This document shows positions 8,838-16,408 of a DNA stretch of 32,000 nt, piece after piece; within the stretch, counting starts at the first letter, position 1, and every line of letters begins with the position of its first letter. Location: assembly GCF_000757865.1 (NCBI RefSeq), contig NZ_CP007754.1, forward strand, positions 660,001 through 692,000, given 5' to 3'. A program made the translations under genes and the position numbers. A model generated the notes under the pieces. It was given only the letters and a program-made list of their open reading frames with translations. It did not search any database and was not told the origin of the DNA. This DNA comes from Prochlorococcus sp. MIT 0801 (GTDB lineage: Bacteria; Cyanobacteriota; Cyanobacteriia; PCC-6307; Cyanobiaceae).

Positions 8838-8989
8838 TGCTTCCCTTGAGGAGAATGGCTATTTCCTTTTACTTGGGGTCGAAAAATAGGATTTAATTTC
8901 TTAGAATAAAATTTAGTTATTTGATTGCCTCCCATGTTTACCACTTTAAACACCATGCCTATAGGTTCAACAATAGCTCGCGATGGCAT
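8834..8989 (-). CDS. Possible 51-aa upstream ORF translationally coupled to crtL (speculative)
   Basis: Hand translation gives ATG at 8989..8987 and TGA at 8836..8834, which overlaps the crtL ATG (8837..8835) as ATGA. The product is MPSRAIVEPIGMVFKVVNMGGNQITKFYSKKLNPIFRPQVKGNSHSPQGKQ. No known family. It may be non-coding leader sequence. Confidence 0.2.
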   Translation of the reverse strand: MPSRAIVEPIGMVFKVVNMGGNQITKFYSKKLNPIFRPQVKGNSHSPQGKQ

Positions 8990-9134
8990 TAAGAATGAAT
9001 TGTATTAATGTTTTTTATCAACTTAATAATTTTATTTTATTTCTAAGTATTTATCAAGATTTTTTTATTAAAAATTGAAATAATATAAAATTTAGTTTAA
9101 TTCCAAAATCATTTAATAGTAAAACTAAACATTT

Positions 9135-10157
9135 ATGAAAGAAAATTCAAATATTTTCAAAAAAGATAAACCTTTAACTATTTTTATAACAGGCGGTTCA
9201 TCGGGTATTGGTTTTCAAGCAGTTATAAAATTAATTTCCCTTGGTAATAATATAATCTTACCTTGTAAAAATATAACTCGAGCGAATGAAGTATTGACTA
9301 ATTTATTTAATTATTCGTTAGATAAATCATCTAAGAAAGGCGAGATTTATACTCCAATAATGGATCTTTCTGATTTGAATAGTATTGATTCCTTATGTTC
9401 TGAGGTTAAAAATAGACGTTGGAATATTGATGTATTAATTTTTAATGCGGGTCTTCAATATACTGGATCAAAAACACCTAGAAGGTCCACTCAGGGAATA
9501 GAATTAACTTTTGCTGTTAATCATTTATCACATTTTTATCTGACACAAAAGATTTTACCTTTGATAGATATAAGCAATGATACTAAAATAATTATTACTT
9601 CTTCAGAAGTTCATAATCCTAGCAGTGGTGGAGGTAAGGTAGGAGCCAAGGCAAGCTTAGGAAACTTAAAAGGATTGGAATCTAGTGTTGGTTTTGAAAT
9701 GATTGATGGAAATAAATTTAATGCTGATAAAGCATATAAAGATAGTAAATTATGTAATATTCTTTTTGCAAGAAAGTTAAGTGAATATTTTATGAGCAAG
9801 AAATTGTTAATTCCAGTTATTGCTTGGGCTCCAGGCTTAGTTATCTCTAGAGATAATCAAGGATTTTTTAGGTACAGTAGAAAATATAATCAATTAGGAC
9901 AAATATTATTTTCTTTTTTAGCTAGAGATATTTTAAGAATAACCACATCAAATAAAGATGCAGGTTTACTTCTAACTAATCTAGCTTGTTTATGTAAATA
10001 TAGAGAACCTGGTTTCAATTATTATAGTAATAGAATTATTTCATCAGGAAAATTTACTTTTGAACAAACTGAAATCAGTAATGATGCCCAAAGAAGAGAT
10101 TTATCAGATAAGTTATGGGAGCTATCTCAATCCCTAATAGATAAGATACTTAAATAA
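9135..10157 (+). CDS. Protochlorophyllide-oxidoreductase-like short-chain dehydrogenase (POR paralog)
   Basis: FITGGSSGIGFQAV cofactor motif, NAGL, and catalytic YKDSKLCNILF, which is identical in style to light-dependent POR (YKDSKLCN). It also has the POR-type insertion before the Tyr. It lacks enough similarity for me to call it the bona fide por gene. Confidence 0.75.
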   Translation: MKENSNIFKKDKPLTIFITGGSSGIGFQAVIKLISLGNNIILPCKNITRANEVLTNLFNYSLDKSSKKGEIYTPIMDLSDLNSIDSLCSEVKNRRWNIDVLIFNAGLQYTGSKTPRRSTQGIELTFAVNHLSHFYLTQKILPLIDISNDTKIIITSSEVHNPSSGGGKVGAKASLGNLKGLESSVGFEMIDGNKFNADKAYKDSKLCNILFARKLSEYFMSKKLLIPVIAWAPGLVISRDNQGFFRYSRKYNQLGQILFSFLARDILRITTSNKDAGLLLTNLACLCKYREPGFNYYSNRIISSGKFTFEQTEISNDAQRRDLSDKLWELSQSLIDKILK

Positions 10158-10164
10158 ATATCTC

Positions 10165-11181
10165 TTATTTATTTACATGAATTGTTTGGGTTGGATAAGC
10201 AAAATTAATATTCTCATTTTGGAATTTCTTCATAATCTCTAGATTAATTTCTTGCTGAGCTGACATTGCTAGAAGATAATCACTTGTAGGAATGTAATAG
10301 ACAAGTTCAAAATCAAGACTGCTATTTGCGAATTCGATAAAATGACATCGGTCGAAGATCGCATTTTCAGTTTTATCAACAATATTTTTTATCAGCATAG
10401 GTATGCTTTTCGTTTGTTCGTATGTAGTTTCATAAACCACACCTAATTTATGAACGAGTCTTCTTTTTTTCATCTCAGCATAATTTGATATTACTCCATT
10501 TGTGAGTCGGCTATTGCTCATTACTATTGCTTCGCCGTTAATACTTCTTAGGCGTGTTGATCTAACGCCTACTCTCTCAACTTTTGCCCAGATCCCATCA
10601 ATATGAATAAACTGTCCACTTTGAAATGGTTTGTCTAGGAGGATCGTTATGTATTCGAAGAACTCTTGAACTGGTTCCTTTAAAGCCAGTCCAGCTCCTA
10701 TACCTCCTGCACTTAAAAGAGCCCAAATGGCAGCCATTTGGACACCCATATTTTGAAGATAAAAAATAACTCCTAGACTCCAAACAGATGCTCCAACCAT
10801 TGGACTAAGTGAACGAATCATTTCACTAATAGATTGATCATTTATTTTGCTTGCCCATCTTTGTATTATTTTTAAAAATACTCTATTTACAAATCTGACA
10901 ATATAAATAAGGCATAGAAACTTACTAATACCAATTAATGTCTTATCTACTATTCCACCAATTAGTAAGACTTTCCATGCAACTATGAAACTTAAGATAA
11001 ACCCTAAGGGTTTAATAGTCTCAAGTAGAAGAGTCGCTATATAGTCATCAGTTTTGCTTTGTGTCGCAGAGGTTATTTTCCTTAAAATCTTTTTTAAGAT
11101 TTTTGGACTCACCAAGGAAATAATGCAACCTATGCTAAAGGTAAGTAATGAAATAATTATGTTTTTATAAAAATCGTCCAT
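10165..11181 (-). CDS. Mechanosensitive ion channel, MscS family
   Basis: N-terminal TM helices are followed by the MS_channel beta-domain signature KPFQSGQFIHIDGIWAKVERVGVRSTRLRSINGEAIVMSNSRL. Confidence 0.85.
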   Translation of the reverse strand: MDDFYKNIIISLLTFSIGCIISLVSPKILKKILRKITSATQSKTDDYIATLLLETIKPLGFILSFIVAWKVLLIGGIVDKTLIGISKFLCLIYIVRFVNRVFLKIIQRWASKINDQSISEMIRSLSPMVGASVWSLGVIFYLQNMGVQMAAIWALLSAGGIGAGLALKEPVQEFFEYITILLDKPFQSGQFIHIDGIWAKVERVGVRSTRLRSINGEAIVMSNSRLTNGVISNYAEMKKRRLVHKLGVVYETTYEQTKSIPMLIKNIVDKTENAIFDRCHFIEFANSSLDFELVYYIPTSDYLLAMSAQQEINLEIMKKFQNENINFAYPTQTIHVNK

Positions 11182-11242
11182 GATCTCTGTTTACTTTTCT
11201 TCAGACTGCCTGAAAAAAATGATTTGTCTATATATTTTCTAA

Positions 11243-11854
11243 TTATTTAATTTCAAATGAATTCTTTAAAATTTTACTAACCTCCCTAAATTCTTTTCTA
11301 TTAGAGGTCTTACATAATTGACATATTAGACTTTCAGTCGTAGACGCAACTGCACCGGATAATATAAGCCTTAGAAAAGCAGTATCATTATCCATTTCAT
11401 TCCTACTGCCAATAGCATCTCTTGGAATTAGAATGTTGAACCCTTTTTGTAAAAGATCAATCGATGTCTGAAGAACACATATATGACTCTCAATACCACT
11501 AACTATTATATTTTTAAAATTATAATCATTTATATAATTTATAAAGTTCTTATTCTTAATACAACTGAATTCCATTTTTTCAAATTTAGGATATTCATTA
11601 TTTTCTGTAATTGATTCTATAGTCTTCCCAAGTTTCAATGGATTTTGTTCCGTAATAGCGATTCGAACATTAAGCAAATTGCATGTATCAATAAGCTTTT
11701 TAATATTAAATATTAATAATTGATTGTCTTTTATATTTTTTATGAGCTTTTGTTGAACATCTACTATAAGTAGTAATGTTTCATTCTCTACTAATATATT
11801 ATTATTATTATTCACATTGATTGGGGTTCGATTTTTTTTTAAAAATTTATCCAT
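11243..11854 (-). CDS. Isochorismatase-family (cysteine) hydrolase
   Basis: LLLIVDVQQKL (catalytic Asp region), a conserved Lys region, and GIESHICVLQT (catalytic Cys) are typical of the isochorismatase/nicotinamidase superfamily. Confidence 0.8.
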   Translation of the reverse strand: MDKFLKKNRTPINVNNNNNILVENETLLLIVDVQQKLIKNIKDNQLLIFNIKKLIDTCNLLNVRIAITEQNPLKLGKTIESITENNEYPKFEKMEFSCIKNKNFINYINDYNFKNIIVSGIESHICVLQTSIDLLQKGFNILIPRDAIGSRNEMDNDTAFLRLILSGAVASTTESLICQLCKTSNRKEFREVSKILKNSFEIK

Positions 11855-11956
11855 TTTAGAAATTCTTTTTGTTTATTTAAATATAAATCATCTAATAAAT
11901 CTAGACATAATTTTTATCGAGAGCAATCCGGATAATCCTTTCCATTGTTGCGGGTT

Positions 11957-11984
11957 TTTCTCATTACGCTATACTATTGAGAAA
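11957..11984 (+). promoter_or_regulatory. Candidate promoter/operator of the Fur-family gene: a 7-bp inverted repeat bracketing a TATACT -10-like hexamer
   Basis: TTTCTCA (11957..11963) and TGAGAAA (11978..11984) are exact reverse complements. TATACT at 11970..11975 lies between them, 22 nt upstream of the TTG start at 11997. This is sequence pattern only. Confidence 0.25.
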
Positions 11985-11996
11985 GAATAGCTGTGA

Positions 11997-12455
11997 TTGA
12001 TTTCTCCCCCTTCCTATCGTAGTCATCCTTCTCCTTTTGAATCTGGCCTTCGTTCAGATGGTAAAAGAATGACCCCTCAAAGGCAAAAGGTTCTTTCTTT
12101 GTTTGAGGAGATTGGCTCTGGAATCCATCTCAGTGCGGAGGAGGTGCATTCCAAATTGACAATTTCTGGGGAGAAGGTTTCTCTTGCGACTATTTATAGA
12201 ACTTTAAGACTCTTGGTCAAGATGACCTTCCTTAATGAACTTGATTTAAGTGAAGGAGGTAATAGATTCGAATTGCTTAGTCATGATCATCCAGATCATC
12301 ATCATTTGATTTGTATTCGATGTGGTAGAACAGAAGAGTTTGAGAATAATAATGTTATTAATGCTGGTAAAGCAGCAGCTAAAAACTTTGGATTTAAATT
12401 ATTGGAGTCATCGTTAAACGTAAGAGCATTATGTCCAAAGTGTTCTAACAAATAA
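11997..12455 (+). CDS. Fur-family transcriptional regulator (Fur/Zur/PerR paralog not resolvable)
   Basis: R-M-TPQRQKVLSLFEE, winged-helix SLATIYRTLRLL, metal sites HDHPDHHHLICIRCGRTEEF and C-terminal CPKC. The alignment logic (LRSDGKRMTPQR) requires a start upstream of the first ATG, so the TTG at 11997 is plausible. Confidence 0.9.
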   Translation: MISPPSYRSHPSPFESGLRSDGKRMTPQRQKVLSLFEEIGSGIHLSAEEVHSKLTISGEKVSLATIYRTLRLLVKMTFLNELDLSEGGNRFELLSHDHPDHHHLICIRCGRTEEFENNNVINAGKAAAKNFGFKLLESSLNVRALCPKCSNK

Positions 12456-12461
12456 ACTTTT

Positions 12462-13406
12462 TTAAGTTAATTCTCCACCACAACTTGAACCAGCTCCAGC
12501 AGTACATCCAAAACAATGATTTCCTATTGAAATAGGATTATTCTTTAAAGAGACAAGTGGAATTAATAGATCATTCAAATGCTTAACGTTACCATCTCTC
12601 TTCATCCCAAGTTGTTGGTTGAAATCACAATCATATAAAAAACCTTTCCAATCAACACTCAGAGTTGTTCTACACATTACTGAATCAAGATTTGCTGGAT
12701 TATGATTATCTTTAAGTAATTTATTATAATCTTCTAGTTTTCCAATTATCTTTAAATAGTTCTCATATCTATTAATTGGCATATTCGCTAAAACAAATAA
12801 ATTCGAGAAAAAGATTCCATATCTTTCTTTTAGTTCGCGTCTATAAGTATCTTCTAGTTCTTTTTGGCATGGAGGAAGTTGTGGGCTGCTTGGATTATAG
12901 ACTAGATTTAAAAGTAGACCTTTGTCTTTTATGCCGTAACCTAAATTGTTAAGATGCTTAAGAGCTAAGATACTTTTTTCAAAAACACCTTTTCCTCGTT
13001 GTTTGTCTACATTGCCCTCGAGATAACATGGAAGCGATGCAGTTATTTGTACTTTATTTGATGCTAAAAAACTAGCTAAACTTTCATAACCTGGCTCTCT
13101 GAGTATTGTTAAGTTACATCTGTCCATTACTTCAACATTAAGACTGCGTACTTCTATTACTAATTCTTTGAATTTAGGATGAAGCTCGGGGGCTCCTCCT
13201 GTAATATCTAGTAGCTTAATATTATTAGATTTTATAACTTTAGGTATAATCTTTATAATTTCATCGCTCATCATTTCGGTTCTGCTTGGACTAGAATCTA
13301 CATGGCAATGACTGCAGGCCTGATTACATTTATATCCTATATTTATTTGCAAAGTATCAAGAAAGTCTCTTTTGATTTTTGGGAATTTATTTTTATTTAT
13401 CTCCAT
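12462..13406 (-). CDS. arsS: Radical SAM/Cys-rich-domain enzyme, ArsS-like (arsenosugar biosynthesis radical SAM family, TIGR04167-type)
   Basis: The CxxxCxxC cluster motif YKCNQACSHCH lies at 13305..13328. The product is 314 aa. The C-terminal Cys-rich tail NHCFGCTAGAGSSCGGELT matches my recollection of the family signature (C-x-x-C-T-A-G-x-G-S-S-C-x-G), which in some homologs carries selenocysteine. Confidence 0.75.
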   Translation of the reverse strand: MEINKNKFPKIKRDFLDTLQINIGYKCNQACSHCHVDSSPSRTEMMSDEIIKIIPKVIKSNNIKLLDITGGAPELHPKFKELVIEVRSLNVEVMDRCNLTILREPGYESLASFLASNKVQITASLPCYLEGNVDKQRGKGVFEKSILALKHLNNLGYGIKDKGLLLNLVYNPSSPQLPPCQKELEDTYRRELKERYGIFFSNLFVLANMPINRYENYLKIIGKLEDYNKLLKDNHNPANLDSVMCRTTLSVDWKGFLYDCDFNQQLGMKRDGNVKHLNDLLIPLVSLKNNPISIGNHCFGCTAGAGSSCGGELT

Positions 13407-13437
13407 AGAGATCTATATATAGAAAGCTTCATTTGCC

Positions 13438-13467
13438 ATTATAGTTAAAATATTTATTTAAGTGCAA
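13438..13467 (-). promoter_or_regulatory. Candidate sigma70-type promoter for the ArsS-like gene
   Basis: On the minus strand: TTGCAC (13467..13462), an 18-nt spacer, then TATAAT (13443..13438), about 30 nt upstream of the ATG at 13406. Such matches arise by chance in AT-rich DNA. Confidence 0.3.
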
Positions 13468-13493
13468 ATTTTTATAAAGGTTTTACTAATAAG

Positions 13494-14693
13494 CTAAAAG
13501 TTAATAGCTAATTGTTTAAACCACTCTATATATTCTTTTGGACCATTATTAATAATCATATTGAATTTTAAATTATCATTAGGATCACTAACTCCTTTCA
13601 TATCAGTTCCATTAATTCTTGGTCTTAATACCTGATCGTTGCAGCTGTTAACAAATACAACTTGATTATCTTTCTTATATGATTCTCCCAACCTTTGTAT
13701 CAAAGTTAAGAAACCTCGATCACTTCCACCTCTTAACCAAGAGTTGTCTTTATTATCTTTAACCGAGGTTACTGTATCGCCAACACCTACTAGCAGTGGC
13801 ATTTGATCAATAGGTATTTTTTCTCTGCATAGCTTTACTAATTGACTGTGTGTCTTTGGGGCATTTCTGACATTGAAGTTTTCACCGAAAGGATAAACGC
13901 CAGTTTTATTTTCTATGTATTTATTTAATAGAAATAAAAGACCTGCTTCTTTTATTGCTCCCTTGATAATGAACTGAATATCTGTTGTCCCAAATTCAGT
14001 TTGTGTTGCATATTTCATTATTTCTCTGCCATCTTTTATTCCTAGATTTGGCATCAAATGCAGATAAAAAGAATTATCTAAGCCAAAATCTTTAGAATCT
14101 TCTAGCAAATCATTCATTATTTTTTCCATAATTAATTGCAAATCTTTCACTTTTTGAAAATCATTTTTAACGCAACTAAAGATTTCATTAAAGTTTAAAG
14201 TGGGTGTGAAGCGTGTATCACATACAGCCACATCAATTAATTTATTTCTTTTCTCATTTGAAAGGTTTGGTAAATTTTTTTTTAATTCATTAGTTAACAT
14301 TGATCTCATCATCTTTGGAACTTTTACTAAAAAGTTAATCTCATTATCTTTGAGCCCTGGATGGGACAAATTACTAAATCTATCTTGAAATTCAACTCCA
14401 CATGCTGCAAGGCCAGGTAAGTAAAAGCCATTTTCTTTTGCAGTTGTTTTCGAATTAAGTGCCTTTTCTACTAAGCGATTAACGCCTCTTCTGCCTTCAT
14501 GCTCCCCGCAGGTTAGAACTGCAAAATTATCTCTTAATCTTGAAACGTCCTTCACATATTCTTTGCTAATCTCTCTTTGCAGTGGGTCTTGTACTAGTGG
14601 AATACAAACGCCGTCAAGATCCTGAACTATTAGAATATTTTTCTCTTTTATTATAGTGTCAATAACTTCTTCTTTCGTCTTAAACATTTTCAT
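13494..14693 (-). CDS. HAD-superfamily phosphatase resembling glucosylglycerol-phosphate phosphatase StpA/GgpP (Salt_tol_Pase family)
   Basis: N-terminal NILIVQDLDGVCIPLVQDPLQREI carries HAD motif I (DxDGV) in the context I recall for StpA (…LIVQDLDGVCM.LV.DPL.R). The size is about 400 aa, and the late acidic motif VGVGDTVTS resembles HAD motif IV. Confidence 0.65.
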   Translation of the reverse strand: MKMFKTKEEVIDTIIKEKNILIVQDLDGVCIPLVQDPLQREISKEYVKDVSRLRDNFAVLTCGEHEGRRGVNRLVEKALNSKTTAKENGFYLPGLAACGVEFQDRFSNLSHPGLKDNEINFLVKVPKMMRSMLTNELKKNLPNLSNEKRNKLIDVAVCDTRFTPTLNFNEIFSCVKNDFQKVKDLQLIMEKIMNDLLEDSKDFGLDNSFYLHLMPNLGIKDGREIMKYATQTEFGTTDIQFIIKGAIKEAGLLFLLNKYIENKTGVYPFGENFNVRNAPKTHSQLVKLCREKIPIDQMPLLVGVGDTVTSVKDNKDNSWLRGGSDRGFLTLIQRLGESYKKDNQVVFVNSCNDQVLRPRINGTDMKGVSDPNDNLKFNMIINNGPKEYIEWFKQLAINF

Positions 14694-14856
14694 AAAAGAA
14701 GCCTTTAAATATTATTTTACTCTAGTCCAAATGAATATACACGTTATTGATAGTTCTTGTTCTTAAATAATTATATAGATATATATTCAGTATGGTAAAA
14801 ACTATTTTTAAAAGTTTCTAATTATTGTATATAATGTAATTGAATCAAAATAAACT

Positions 14857-16398
14857 GTGTTTGATAAGAATTTAAGTAATAGCTTTTTTGCTGAGCCTTA
14901 TTCAAGTGAGCACATAGCCCTAAGAATTAGAGAGGTTTTGAATGGAAAAGTCGGATTTTACAGTGTCGGCTTATACCCTGCCTCTCTTGCCTACAACTGT
15001 GCGTTGCAAAATGAAGGCTTCAACATTCTTTTAGCCCCAAGAGATGGTAGAGAACTTTTTGGAGCTTTCTCGGATATTGATCTCTCTGAAATGGATAACG
15101 GGATAAAAAATAAAATTGAATCTATGGCAATTTCAAATGAAAATAAACCAGGCAGATATAATACTCTTAAGGATTTATTGATTAACTGTGAATTAGTTGT
15201 TTTGAGTTCAAATAGTAAGCACATAATAAATGACGTTGAGTTAGCATTCAAACTCAAAAAAGAGCTTAATAGAGATAATGTTTTAATTGCATGCTTGGTT
15301 GGATCATTTTGCCATGATCATGATTTGAACGAATCTTTTGTGTTGTGCGAAAAATTAAATAATCTAGCTTTCTTTTCAGGGTTTCATCGACACGGAGCTC
15401 TTCGAAATCCACTAGATAGTTTTACTGCTAATTTTTGTCATCCAGACGCTATGAATGCAATATTAGGTGCAAAATTATTAAATAAAATTTCACCAAATAT
15501 ACAAGTATCTGCAGGTATACATAACATTGAAGGTCAATACATAAAAGCTGCTAAAAATATATCTTCAATCTTAGCGGGTTTTGGTCATACTTTTCATAAG
15601 AATAATCCTGGATTACTACCAACTTTATTAACTCTATTATTAGATCAATGTCTAGATCAGGCTGCCTACGTTTCAATGAGTCGAACTGATAGGGAGGATT
15701 TATATTCTAAACAACCTTTTCCTATTACCGAACTTGGATATGGCGTCCAACGCATAGAGGCTTCCTATATTAAGGATGGAGATTTTGTTCAGGTAAGAGA
15801 TCATACCTTTACTCAGCTGACAGCTATGGTTGCGGATGTGAGAGGGAGCATGATGTTGCCTGTAAGTGGTAACCCAACTAGAAATTTTCAAGCTGGTCAA
15901 GTCCTAGCTGAGAATATGATTGAGTATAAAAGATGTCCAAAAGGTGTAGATGAATTTATAGAATGGTGCGAAAGATCTGGTCTTAAACGTGGAGCTTTAG
16001 AAGGTATAAATTCTTTGAATTATTGGCCAAATATTTTAAGAAAGTATTCTATACCATTGAATAATTCCTCAATGATTAATCTTTTATATATGTGTATATT
16101 TGGCCCTCTTGAGATAAAAAAATACATTTATAGTGTTATGTCATGTAGCCGTGAACTGGCTAATTATTGTCAAGAATCTGTAAAGTCTTTACAGAGTAAG
16201 AAAATATCTGAAGCACTAAATAGTTTCCATTTAAAAACTTCTATAGATTTTGTAATAAATTCACTAACTAATGAAGATGAATTGTTTTTTGAATTTAGTG
16301 AGATTGGCTTTGATAATCAACTAGGAGCTCAAAATAAGCCGGTTTATAGTAAAGTTATTGATTACATGGAAACTCATTTCTTAAAAACTAATCTATAA
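14857..16398 (+). CDS. Divergent NAD-dependent glycerol-3-phosphate dehydrogenase (GpsA)-fold protein with a degenerate dinucleotide-binding motif and a C-terminal extension
   Basis: It is collinear by eye with E. coli GpsA:
- KVGFYSVGLYPASLAYNCALQNEGFNILL vs [27 protein letters not shown]
- LAFFSGFHRHGAL vs LAVISGPTFAKEL
- IEGQYIKAAKNISSILAGF vs IGVQLGGAVKNVIAIGAGM
- NPTRNFQAGQVL vs NQSRNRRFGMML
- ALEGINS vs VVEGYRN

GxGxxG is replaced by S-V-G-L-Y-P (14962..14979). The product is 513 aa, against about 340 for GpsA. GTG start. Confidence 0.6.
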   Translation: MFDKNLSNSFFAEPYSSEHIALRIREVLNGKVGFYSVGLYPASLAYNCALQNEGFNILLAPRDGRELFGAFSDIDLSEMDNGIKNKIESMAISNENKPGRYNTLKDLLINCELVVLSSNSKHIINDVELAFKLKKELNRDNVLIACLVGSFCHDHDLNESFVLCEKLNNLAFFSGFHRHGALRNPLDSFTANFCHPDAMNAILGAKLLNKISPNIQVSAGIHNIEGQYIKAAKNISSILAGFGHTFHKNNPGLLPTLLTLLLDQCLDQAAYVSMSRTDREDLYSKQPFPITELGYGVQRIEASYIKDGDFVQVRDHTFTQLTAMVADVRGSMMLPVSGNPTRNFQAGQVLAENMIEYKRCPKGVDEFIEWCERSGLKRGALEGINSLNYWPNILRKYSIPLNNSSMINLLYMCIFGPLEIKKYIYSVMSCSRELANYCQESVKSLQSKKISEALNSFHLKTSIDFVINSLTNEDELFFEFSEIGFDNQLGAQNKPVYSKVIDYMETHFLKTNL

Positions 16399-16408
16399 AA
16401 TAAACCCT

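Noticed and set aside
8934-9008. 24-codon plus-strand ORF (MFTTLNTMPIGSTIARDGIKNELY) in the crtL / POR-like divergent spacer
   Set aside because: It is too short to support. It overlaps the more suggestive minus-strand 51-codon frame, and it has no ribosome-binding site or recognisable peptide family.
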